Source: Candidatus Nomurabacteria bacterium
GTDB taxonomy: Bacteria > Patescibacteriota > Minisyncoccia > Phycocordibacterales > SBAW01
Direction of reading: 5' to 3'
Assembly (NCBI GenBank): GCA_943356495.1
Contig: CALRFF010000003.1
Span: forward strand, 551-64,550
DNA: 64,000 bases
Of this stretch, positions 28,606-40,219 are shown piece by piece. A program made the position numbers and the translations under genes. Position 1 is the first letter of the stretch, and each line of letters starts with the position of its first letter. Under the pieces are notes generated by a model. The model did no database searches, was not told the origin of the DNA, and worked only from the letters and a program-made list of their open reading frames with translations.

Positions 28606-29841
28606 TTACCGCCAAGCGCTCTCGCGCGCAAGCACGGCGCCCCATGCGGCGCGCGCAAGCCACAGCGGCGCTATAAACCCAAAGAGCGCAAAGTAGGACA
28701 CTATCGACAGCACTCCCAGCTTTGTGTTTGAAATACGGCTGCCGAGCACTATGGTCGCCAAGGTCATACCCAGCACCGCAAGGATAACAAACAGCATCAT
28801 GCCGGTATCGAGGTAAAACCAAGACACCTGCTCGGCGCTCGGCAGGTGCAGTGGTATGCCGGTTGCGTACAGATCGGTTATTTTTTGTGCAATAGTGGCG
28901 CCGACATGTACCAACGCATAGCCGGCCATATACAGCCCCGCCCCAAATGCCGAAAGTGCAAAGGGCAATACCAGCATACCGAAGTTGCCGAAGCGGCGGT
29001 TAAAGAACATGTACTTGTAGTCCCGCGCGTTTTGGAGGAAGCCCTGCGACCAGCGGGTGCGCTGCTTGAGCAGAGCGCGGACGGTCTGCGGCACCGTGGT
29101 ATATACAAATGCGGTGTGTGCGTTAACAATTTTTAGATGGTTGGCGTGCATACGGAACGCTATCTCCATGTCCTCGGTGTTGTGCGCGTGCCGGAAGGGG
29201 CCTATTTTTGTAAACACGTCGCGTTTGTACATCGAAAACGGCCCCGGCAACACGTTAATAGCCGAAAGGTTGTCGAACATTTTTTTGTAAAAGATCCCGA
29301 AGGTGTACTCCACCGCCTGCATGCGTTCGAGTATTTTGCGCGGGCGGTAGACCTTCATGACGGGAGTAATCGCCATAATACCCGGGTCGCGGTCAAACTC
29401 TTTTACCGCCTCCAGTAGCGCGTCTTCAGCGGCAAAGGAGTCGGCGTCCAAGCATCCGATAAGCTCGGTAGTAGTGTGCGCAATGGCAAAGTTGAGTGCG
29501 GTGTATTTGCCGCCGTTTTCTTTATGAAAAAAGCTGACCTGCTGATACTTGGCGGCGTAGCCTTCGGCAATGGCGCGGGTGCTGTCTTTAGAGCCGTCGT
29601 CTACGACTACTATCTGCAGTTTGTCGGCGGGATAGTCGAGCGCCAGTAATGACTCGATTGTCTTGCCGACCGTTTTTTCTTCGTTATAGCAGGGGACTAC
29701 CATAGCAACCGAAGGATACCGTTTAGGCGGTAAAGATGTTTTTGCCGCGGGCTTTTTTTCAAAAAAAGAGATAAGCAGAAACACCTCAAAATAGAGGGCA
29801 ATAAAAAGACACACATACAGGCCGGTGGCCCCTATATCCAT
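28606..29841 (-). CDS. GT2 processive glycosyltransferase (PgaC/IcaA/cellulose synthase-like)
   Basis: VPCYNEE, DDGSKD, GGK..ALN, LDAD, TED, QRTRW, C-terminal TMs. Confidence 0.92.
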   Translation of the reverse strand: MDIGATGLYVCLFIALYFEVFLLISFFEKKPAAKTSLPPKRYPSVAMVVPCYNEEKTVGKTIESLLALDYPADKLQIVVVDDGSKDSTRAIAEGYAAKYQQVSFFHKENGGKYTALNFAIAHTTTELIGCLDADSFAAEDALLEAVKEFDRDPGIMAITPVMKVYRPRKILERMQAVEYTFGIFYKKMFDNLSAINVLPGPFSMYKRDVFTKIGPFRHAHNTEDMEIAFRMHANHLKIVNAHTAFVYTTVPQTVRALLKQRTRWSQGFLQNARDYKYMFFNRRFGNFGMLVLPFALSAFGAGLYMAGYALVHVGATIAQKITDLYATGIPLHLPSAEQVSWFYLDTGMMLFVILAVLGMTLATIVLGSRISNTKLGVLSIVSYFALFGFIAPLWLARAAWGAVLARESAWR

Positions 29842-29890
29842 ACTGCTGAACTATAGCATTTTAGGCCTTTTTGAGCCATAATTTCTTCAT

Positions 29891-30634
29891 ATGGCAACCG
29901 AGGCTAGGCGAGGCAGTATACATCCTATTTCTTCGCTTATCCGCGAGGCGGGCACTATTTTTACGCAGATGGGCTTTACGTTGGCGGACGGGCCGCTTAT
30001 GGAAACCGAGTGGTACAACTTTGACGCTCTAAATGTGCCTAAAGACCACCCTGCGCGCGACATGCAGGACACCTTTTTTATCAAAGACACGCCCGCTACG
30101 GTGTTGCGCACCCACACCAGCAACGTGCAGATACGCTACATGGAGGCGCAGCTTAAAGCGGGTATCCAGCCGCCCTTCCGCATGGTCACGATGGGCAAAG
30201 TCTTCCGCAACGAGGCGACCGACATGACGCACGAGGCCGAGTTTTTTCAAATGGAAGGCTTGGTGGTGGGCAAGGATATTACGCTGGCGCATCTTAAAGG
30301 CACTTTGGAGCAGTTTTTTGCGACCTTGTTTAAAGGCGCTTCGGTGGAGGTGCGCTTCCGGCCGAGCTTCTTCCCCTTTGTCGAGCCGGGGGTCGAGGTA
30401 GACATGCGCTTGGTCGGGGACGGCGTGCCCGAAAAGTTGCGCGACAAGTGGATAGAAATGATGGGCGCCGGCATGGTGCATCCAAACGTGCTTACAAACG
30501 CGGGTGTCGACCCCACGCAGTATCAAGGCTTTGCCTTTGGTATGGGGCTCGACCGCTTGGCGCTTTTGCGCTGGGGCATAGACGACGTGCGGCACATGCA
30601 CTCGGCCGATCTGCGTTTTGTAAATCAATTTTAA
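29891..30634 (+). CDS. pheS: Phenylalanyl-tRNA synthetase alpha subunit (no N-terminal coiled coil)
   Basis: G.IHP, NFDALN.P.DHPARDMQDTF, FPFVEP, GFAFGMG.DR. Confidence 0.97.
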   Translation: MATEARRGSIHPISSLIREAGTIFTQMGFTLADGPLMETEWYNFDALNVPKDHPARDMQDTFFIKDTPATVLRTHTSNVQIRYMEAQLKAGIQPPFRMVTMGKVFRNEATDMTHEAEFFQMEGLVVGKDITLAHLKGTLEQFFATLFKGASVEVRFRPSFFPFVEPGVEVDMRLVGDGVPEKLRDKWIEMMGAGMVHPNVLTNAGVDPTQYQGFAFGMGLDRLALLRWGIDDVRHMHSADLRFVNQF

Positions 30635-34533
<3,899 letters not shown>

Positions 34534-34543
34534 TCCGCGCAAC

Positions 34544-34577
34544 AAAAAAGCCCCGGCGAAATGCCGGGGCTTTTTTG
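34544..34577. terminator. Bidirectional intrinsic terminator
   Basis: aaaaaagccccggc-gaaat-gccggggctttttt between convergent genes. Confidence 0.9.
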
Positions 34578-34588
34578 TTTTCGGAGTA

Positions 34589-35707
34589 TTAGTAGGAAAT
34601 GTAGGTCGCGGTTGCGCTGTTGTTGTACTTGCTGCCCTCGAAGACCTGATTGTTCGGGTCGACGGTGATAGTAACCGCCTTCTGCGCGTTGTAACCGGTG
34701 TTGCCGGCCGGCTGGTACGGGTACCAATTGGTATACGGCTGCGTGTAGCCGCACGGCGTTGCGCCGCAACCGCCGGAGTAGCCCGGCACTGCGCACGGGC
34801 CGTACAGGTTGCACGTACCGTAGGTGTAGCCTGCCTGACCGGTAGGCAGGCTGTTGGTGCCGTAGTTGGTGGCGCCGTACTGGGTGTTGCTGTTGTAGTC
34901 GCTAAAGTTGAGCGTGTAGACTATTTTGTCGCCCGGGTACAGAGCGCGCTGCGGACCGGACGGGTAGGTGTAACTGCCGTTAATAGGGAGTATCGCGTTA
35001 AAGCTCCAGTTAGAAGGGGAGACGTTGGTACCGACGTTCTCAACCACAAACTGCGCCGTGGCGTTGCCGTTCTGCGAACGGACCGAGCTAATAGCAACCG
35101 CGAGGTCGGCGTAACCGTAGAGGTTACTCGTGCGGCCGCTTGCGACGTAGGTAGTGTTAGAGGGGCTCTTGGTCGTGGTCGGTTTAACTGTGGCCTTTTT
35201 AGTGGCCGGTACCGTCATAGCGCCGGTGGCGGTTGCAGTAATAGCGCCGCTCGAAAGCTTGGTGGCGGTAACCGTAATAGTCGTTTTTGCGTCAGTAGTG
35301 CCGCTGTACACAGGGGTAAGCGCGAGTGCGGAGTTTGCCTGCGTGTAGTTAAACGGCGTGTCGCACGCTACCGTTTGGGTAGCGCCGGTCGGGACCGGTG
35401 CCTTAAACGAAAGGCCCTCAACACACGAGTAGGAAAGGGTGTAGGCGTATGCGCCCGTGCCGCCCTGATGACCCCAGCTTACGGTAGTTGCAGAACCCGC
35501 GGTTGCGGTAGCGGGGACCGATATAGTCAGGGTCTCGCGGACGACGGTTTGGGTTACCGGCGCGTTGGTAGTGCCGCCCGTAAAGAGTGAGGAGATAAAA
35601 AAGGCGAGCTGTATAATACCCCAAGCGCCGAGGAGCAGTATCGCCAACAGGCCGATAACCGCGACGACGCGGAGGACGTTTTCCTTAAAAGTGTGTTTGG
35701 TTGTCAT
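34589..35707 (-). CDS. Membrane-anchored Thr/Tyr-rich surface protein with CARDB-like Ig domain
   Basis: N-terminal TM; DLAV.I...F.VENVG...L.PGD...TITVDPNNQV.E....NN. Confidence 0.75.
   Translation of the reverse strand: MTTKHTFKENVLRVVAVIGLLAILLLGAWGIIQLAFFISSLFTGGTTNAPVTQTVVRETLTISVPATATAGSATTVSWGHQGGTGAYAYTLSYSCVEGLSFKAPVPTGATQTVACDTPFNYTQANSALALTPVYSGTTDAKTTITVTATKLSSGAITATATGAMTVPATKKATVKPTTTKSPSNTTYVASGRTSNLYGYADLAVAISSVRSQNGNATAQFVVENVGTNVSPSNWSFNAILPINGSYTYPSGPQRALYPGDKIVYTLNFSDYNSNTQYGATNYGTNSLPTGQAGYTYGTCNLYGPCAVPGYSGGCGATPCGYTQPYTNWYPYQPAGNTGYNAQKAVTITVDPNNQVFEGSKYNNSATATYISY
34828..34852. repeat. Short REP-like palindrome inside CDS
   Basis: agcctgcct-gaccggt-aggcaggct, read as SLPTGQAG on the minus strand. 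Confidence 0.75.
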
Positions 35708-35715
35708 ACGGTTAG

Positions 35716-35781
35716 AGGGTAGCATGATACAATATACTTGTCAAGTAGGCAAGTTGACAAAACACCAAAAACTGATATACT
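35716..35781. promoter_or_regulatory. Back-to-back sigma70 promoters
   Basis: Plus strand: TTGACA 35754-59, 16 nt, TATACT 35776-81. Minus strand: TTGACA 35744-39, 17 nt, TACCCT 35721-16. Confidence 0.7.
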
Positions 35782-35791
35782 ATAACGGTAT

Positions 35792-36415
35792 ATGGCACAA
35801 CGCCGCTTTAGCTTTGCTCTGACTTTTCTGGCGCTCTTTGCGCTTACTTTTGCGTTTTTGGGTTTTGCCGATGCCTTGCCCAATGCGGTGACTCGGGATC
35901 CCTCACAAGAAGTCCTCGGTTCTCCCGTCTCGGGTCAAGACCCTCGCGGGCCAGACTATCTTGCTCAGAATCCTGAGTCACCTATCCGTGTCGTTGCTAA
36001 AACAGTCGGTTTGGATGCAACCGTAGGTAACCCCGACACTACCGATGTTGCCGCGCTCGACAAGGCGCTCGAGGACGGCGCCGTGCGGTACCCGACCTCG
36101 GCCCTGCTTAATGTCGACGGCACGGTGCTTTTGTTTGGTCACTCTTCCTACTTGCCGGTGGTATATCACCAGTACTACAAAACGTTTAACGGTATACAAA
36201 AACTTAAGACGGGGGAGACGATAAGCGTCTACTCCGGTACTGCCGAGTATCGCTACAGCGTTACCGGTGTGCGTGTTGCCAACGCCGAGGAAGAGAACAT
36301 CGAGCTGCCTGCAAGCGGTAAGCACTTGGTCTTGGTTACCTGCGACTCCTTTGCCAGCAAGTCGAGCCGCTATGTGGTACATGCCGATTTTGTCGGTGTT
36401 TTTGCGGCTAATTAA
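35792..36415 (+). CDS. Sortase
   Basis: N-terminal TM; LFGHSS (His), F..I.KL..G..I, LVLVTC (Cys), RYVV.A (Arg). Confidence 0.9.
   Translation: MAQRRFSFALTFLALFALTFAFLGFADALPNAVTRDPSQEVLGSPVSGQDPRGPDYLAQNPESPIRVVAKTVGLDATVGNPDTTDVAALDKALEDGAVRYPTSALLNVDGTVLLFGHSSYLPVVYHQYYKTFNGIQKLKTGETISVYSGTAEYRYSVTGVRVANAEEENIELPASGKHLVLVTCDSFASKSSRYVVHADFVGVFAAN
35887..35982 (+). repeat. Long intragenic hairpin, motif copy 1
   Basis: Outer ggtgactcgggat/atcctgagtcacc; core agtc-ctcggttct-cccg...cggg-cca-gact shared with 37970-38042. Confidence 0.8.
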
Positions 36416-36432
36416 GGCCTTCAGATAAGGGC

Positions 36433-36461
36433 TTGACAAGCAAGCCCGCTTGGTGTATACT
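36433..36461 (+). promoter_or_regulatory. Near-consensus sigma70 promoter
   Basis: TTGACA-17 nt-TATACT; inverted repeat gggcttg/caagccc overlaps the -35. Confidence 0.8.
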
Positions 36462-36525
36462 AGAAACAGACTATAAGATCTATCTAGCCCACCCAAAACT
36501 TCACCAACGGTCGAGGAGACCAGTC

Positions 36526-37044
36526 ATGAAGACCCATATTGTTGCGCTCGCCGCCTTCCTGGCGGCACTTGCGACTTCGACTCCGGCTACCGCATATGCG
36601 GAACCCGGCGACTACGCCAAGACCTCCAAACGCTTCCAGACCTACGTCGACATCTGCGGCATGAGGGAATCGCCGCGGATTCAGGACGAGGCCGCCAAGA
36701 AGCTCGAGCAGATGTCCGTGAAGCAGTTCGAACTTCATATGGAAGTCTGCCCCAAGCCGCGTACCAAGGCCGTCGCCAATCCGGCGAAGGACAAGGTCGC
36801 CGACAATAAGGTTCTGCCGTTCGTCGCTGGGGCGGCGGTCGGCACGGTTGTCGGGGCGGCGGTCGTGTCGCAGCGTCCGCGCTACGGTGCACCGGTCGAG
36901 CGGCCGATGTATCGCGGCGATCGGGAGCTCCTCGAGCTCCAATCGCTCGGTCCGCGCGGCCGAGTGATCCGTAACCGCCCAGCACCGGCCGGAGCCATTC
37001 CCTGCATCGTGCGGGGTGTGGTCGGCAAGTGTGTGCCGAGGTAA
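36526..37044 (+). CDS. Secreted hypothetical protein (ORFan-like)
   Basis: GAGGAG 7 nt before ATG; signal peptide ending AYA; glycine-zipper-like GAAVGTVVGAAV. Confidence 0.75.
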   Translation: MKTHIVALAAFLAALATSTPATAYAEPGDYAKTSKRFQTYVDICGMRESPRIQDEAAKKLEQMSVKQFELHMEVCPKPRTKAVANPAKDKVADNKVLPFVAGAAVGTVVGAAVVSQRPRYGAPVERPMYRGDRELLELQSLGPRGRVIRNRPAPAGAIPCIVRGVVGKCVPR

Positions 37045-37060
37045 CGGTGGGATCAACTAC

Positions 37061-37098
37061 GTTCGGTGCGCTTGTTTTAGGAAACAAGCGCACCGGAC
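37061..37098 (+). terminator. Strong hairpin downstream of ORFan
   Basis: gttcggtgcgcttgttt / aaacaagcgcaccggac; U-tract is poor. Confidence 0.55.
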
Positions 37099-37201
37099 AC
37101 ACTATCTTCAATTTTCATACTCCTGACTTAATCTAAACTTGAGTCCGGAGCGTGAGTATTGACATTTATTAGGTTCTCAGTTACTTTTTGTTTTCAATTA
37201 T

Positions 37202-38113
37202 ATGCAAAGCATTACTAACACCAAGGCCACCACGGTTGCGCTTATAGCGGCGCTTATAGTTGCTGCGCTCTTTGTTGCGGCACCCAAGGCACAAGCGGCT
37301 GACCTCGGCGACTTTGGCGGCTCGTATGATTTTTACCCGGACGCTCCGTCGTACGATTTCTACTCGGATGCTCCTTCTTACGATTTTTACCCTTCTGCCC
37401 CCGCATCGGCTCCGTCGTACGATTTCTACCCGGATGCTACTTCGTATGACTTCTATCCCGGCTACAGTTCATACACTCCGTCTTACGGCGGTTCCTACGG
37501 CGGTGGCAGCATGGGCGGCGGCTTCCCGTTCGGCGGTTCGAGCGGCATGAGCCAGTCTCAGTCGCAGAGCTCGACCAACGTCAACACGAACGTCAATACC
37601 AATACCTGCACCAGCGGTAGCTGCAATACCGCAATCAACGCTCCGACTAACATCGTAGTCTCCGGCGGCGGCTCTTCTAATAACAGCTACCCGGTCTACA
37701 CGCCTGTATACACTCCGGTCTACACCCCGCCGGTCTATCAGCCGACGTACTACCCGACCTATCAACAGCCTATCGCGTACAACAATACGCCGTATGTGTC
37801 GCTCTCTGCGGTACCGTACACCGGTCTTGAGCTGGGGCCCGTGGGCACGGCACTGTACTGGGGCTTCCTTATCGCTTGGTGCCTCGTTGCGGCGTACCTT
37901 ATAGTCGTCAAGCGCGTGCAGAACAAACTCGTAAGCGGTCTCAATACCTTCCTCTTCGGTGAGCCTTCTCAGAAGACTGTCGTTCAAAAGTCCTCGGATC
38001 TCCCGTCTGGGTCGGGCCAGACTTTTGCCCGCCAGTCTTCTGCTCCGGTTCGCGACAGCTTCTCTAACATCGACCCGTTTGTCGCGTCGCAAATCAAGCG
38101 CGCCGCGTTCTAA
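37202..38113 (+). CDS. Secreted Tyr/Ser/Pro-rich repeat protein with VPYTG + TM + basic residues (putative sortase substrate)
   Basis: Signal peptide; SYDFYP x5; YTPV repeats; VPYTG-LELG...TM...VKR. Confidence 0.8.
   Translation: MQSITNTKATTVALIAALIVAALFVAAPKAQAADLGDFGGSYDFYPDAPSYDFYSDAPSYDFYPSAPASAPSYDFYPDATSYDFYPGYSSYTPSYGGSYGGGSMGGGFPFGGSSGMSQSQSQSSTNVNTNVNTNTCTSGSCNTAINAPTNIVVSGGGSSNNSYPVYTPVYTPVYTPPVYQPTYYPTYQQPIAYNNTPYVSLSAVPYTGLELGPVGTALYWGFLIAWCLVAAYLIVVKRVQNKLVSGLNTFLFGEPSQKTVVQKSSDLPSGSGQTFARQSSAPVRDSFSNIDPFVASQIKRAAF
37322..37466 (+). repeat. Five roughly 27-nt coding tandem repeats (SYDFYPDAP)
   Basis: tcgtaYgaYttYtaY-type units repeated with synonymous variation. Confidence 0.85.
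37970..38042 (+). repeat. Long intragenic hairpin, motif copy 2
   Basis: cagaagactg/cagtcttctg; caaaagtc-ctcggatct-cccg...cggg-cca-gacttttg. Confidence 0.8.
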
Positions 38114-38139
38114 ATCCTAATGTGGGTGCTCCGCACCAG

Positions 38140-38167
38140 AAAAAACCGCGCCTTAGGCGCGGTTTTT
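38140..38167. terminator. Bidirectional terminator overlapping thrS stop
   Basis: aaaaaaccgcgcc-tta-ggcgcggttttt. Confidence 0.85.
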
Positions 38168-39361
38168 GATTTCCTCCTGCAGTTTAGAAATTATTTCAGC
38201 AATAGGGAGCGCGCCGAGTTTGCCGGTGCGGCCCTCGAGCGTCGCGGTACCGGCCGCTACCTCGGCATCGCCGATAACCAGCAGGTAGGGAACTTTTAGT
38301 GTCTTAGCTTCGCGGATTTTTTTACCCAAGCTTTCACCACTCTCATCCAATTCTGCACGGATACCGGCCTTGAGTAGCTGCTGATAGGCATTATGTGCAA
38401 ACGCCATATGGCCTTCGCCGATAGGGAGCACGCGCGCCTGTACCGGCGAAAGCCAGGTGGGCAGTACGCCGCCCAAGTGCTCCAGCAGTACCGCGACGCA
38501 GCGCTCTATCGAGCCGGTAATCGCGCTGTGTATCATAACGATGCGCTCCTTCTCGCCTTTTTCGTTTATGCAGTTTAAGTCAAACCGGTCGGGTTGGTTG
38601 AGGTCAAGCTGTATGGTGGCTACCTGCCACTCGCGCCCTGCGGCATTTTTAGCCATAAAGTCGAGCTTTGGGCCGTACAGCGCCGCCTCGCCCGGACCTT
38701 CTATATAGTCGGCGCCGCGCTCCTTGGCTATCTCGCGCAACTGCTCTTCGGCCATGTCCCACACGGCTGGTGTGCCGATGTATTTCTCGGGCGCGGCGGG
38801 GTCGCGGAAGGAAAGCCGGACACGTAGCGAAAAGCCGAACTGCTTATAAAAGGTATCGACAATATCCCAGATTTTTAGAAACTCTTCTTTAATCTGGCTG
38901 GTGCGGCAAAACACGTGGCTGTCGTCTTGGGTAATCGAGAGCACACGCGTCAGGCCCGAGAGCTCGCCCGACTGCTCATCGCGGTAGACCATGGTGGTTT
39001 CGGCGTAGCGTTGCGGCATTTCGCGGTAGCTGTGCGGGCGGCGGTTAAAAATTTGGGTGTGGTGCGGGCAGTTCATCGGCTTTAAAGCCATCTCGCGGCC
39101 GTCGCGGCTGGTTATGCGAAACAAGTCTTCTGCAAATTTGTCCCAATGGCCCGAGGTTTCGTAGAGCTCTTTTTTAGTGAGATGGGGGATAGTGACGCGG
39201 CTGTAGCCGTAGGCGCTGCGCAGCTCCCATACAAACTTGTCTAACTCTTCGCGCACCACGGTGCCTTTGGGCGTCCATAGCGGGAGCCCCGGGCCCACTA
39301 GATCGCTAAAGGTAAATAGGTCGAGCTCTTGGCCTATCCTGCGGTGGTCGTTGTCTTCCAT
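38153..39361 (-). CDS. thrS: Threonyl-tRNA synthetase lacking N-terminal TGS/editing domains
   Basis: Starts at DHRRIG.ELDLF; KPMNCP, YRDE.SG.L.GL.RV, YGPK.D, ATIQLD, GS.ER. Confidence 0.96.
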   Translation of the reverse strand: MEDNDHRRIGQELDLFTFSDLVGPGLPLWTPKGTVVREELDKFVWELRSAYGYSRVTIPHLTKKELYETSGHWDKFAEDLFRITSRDGREMALKPMNCPHHTQIFNRRPHSYREMPQRYAETTMVYRDEQSGELSGLTRVLSITQDDSHVFCRTSQIKEEFLKIWDIVDTFYKQFGFSLRVRLSFRDPAAPEKYIGTPAVWDMAEEQLREIAKERGADYIEGPGEAALYGPKLDFMAKNAAGREWQVATIQLDLNQPDRFDLNCINEKGEKERIVMIHSAITGSIERCVAVLLEHLGGVLPTWLSPVQARVLPIGEGHMAFAHNAYQQLLKAGIRAELDESGESLGKKIREAKTLKVPYLLVIGDAEVAAGTATLEGRTGKLGALPIAEIISKLQEEIKNRA

Positions 39362-39389
39362 ATATCGCTATATCCTACCGCGGATTTGT

Positions 39390-39423
39390 AAAAAGAAAAC
39401 CCGCCGCACTTTCGTGCGGCGGG
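39390..39423 (-). terminator. Intrinsic terminator
   Basis: cccgccgcac-tttc-gtgcggcggg with an A-tract to the left. Confidence 0.8.
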
Positions 39424-39430
39424 GAGCGGT

Positions 39431-39859
39431 TTAACTGCCGGCGGCGGCCTTGTCGCCGGTAATGACGCTAAATGGGTGCGCGACCCGGGTCGGGGCAGGC
39501 AGTGCGGTCGCGGCCATCTCCTGCAAAATAGCCTCGCAACACTCGGCTATCGAGTCGCAGTACGTGCCCGACTGGCCCCGGATAGCGGGGGACAATATGC
39601 CGTGCTCCACCGCCCAGATGGTGCAGTATATATCGCGCGCCCGCTGTGTAACCAAGTCATCCTTGCGCGAACTCAGCAGTTTGCACCAAAAGGCTTTTGC
39701 CTGCGCGTACTCGGCGAGGTCGATTGTCTCGCCGAGCGGCTTTTCGGACATTTTTGCCTGCTGGAGCAACCGCAGCAAGTGCCGATGCACTTTTTGCAGT
39801 TGGTAGGTTTTGCAGGCCATATGCAACTGAGACAGACAGACTCTGAATTGCTCGGACAT
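39431..39859 (-). CDS. Hypothetical protein (ORFan-like)
   Basis: GGGAG upstream of ATG; followed by terminator; no recognisable domain. Confidence 0.55.
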   Translation of the reverse strand: MSEQFRVCLSQLHMACKTYQLQKVHRHLLRLLQQAKMSEKPLGETIDLAEYAQAKAFWCKLLSSRKDDLVTQRARDIYCTIWAVEHGILSPAIRGQSGTYCDSIAECCEAILQEMAATALPAPTRVAHPFSVITGDKAAAGS

Positions 39860-39925
39860 GGCAGATGCTCCCACGTAGTGACGTCTATCGCTATTCAACT
39901 CCTACCGGCGCAAAATTGCAAATAG

Positions 39926-39951
39926 AAAAGGCCCCGACTTTCGCCGGGGCC
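39926..39951 (-). terminator. Intrinsic terminator/hairpin
   Basis: ggccccg-actttcgc-cggggcc with an A-tract to the left. Confidence 0.7.
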
Positions 39952-39956
39952 TCTGG

Positions 39957-40145
39957 TCATTTCTCGTCCGCGCAGTGCATCAGTCGGACACTTGGTTCGC
40001 ACGTCGGGCACTTGCCTGTGCGGTAACTGCTCCCGCACCTGCAGAGTGTCCACTCATGGAGCGGTGCCGACGATGCAAGTGTCGGCTTGATATTGTGGAC
40101 CGGAGCATGTGCTCCGGCAAAAAGCATATCGACGCCTTGGATCAA
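39957..40145 (-). CDS. Small putative zinc-ribbon protein (CxC...CxxC)
   Basis: GGGGAGG 5 nt before TTG; own promoter; LCRCG...GKCPTC. Confidence 0.55.
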   Translation of the reverse strand: MIQGVDMLFAGAHAPVHNIKPTLASSAPLHEWTLCRCGSSYRTGKCPTCEPSVRLMHCADEK

Positions 40146-40180
40146 GAGTACCTCCCCAGGTTCAGCTGCAACTAGCAACA

Positions 40181-40209
40181 AGTATACCCCCAAAAGGGGT
40201 AAAAGTCAA
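40181..40209 (-). promoter_or_regulatory. Sigma70 promoter
   Basis: TTGACT-17 nt-TATACT on the minus strand. Confidence 0.75.
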
Positions 40210-40219
40210 GGTAGGATAT

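Noticed and set aside
27832-29890. tRNA-anchored genomic island
   Set aside because: No integrase and no duplicated tRNA 3' end seen.
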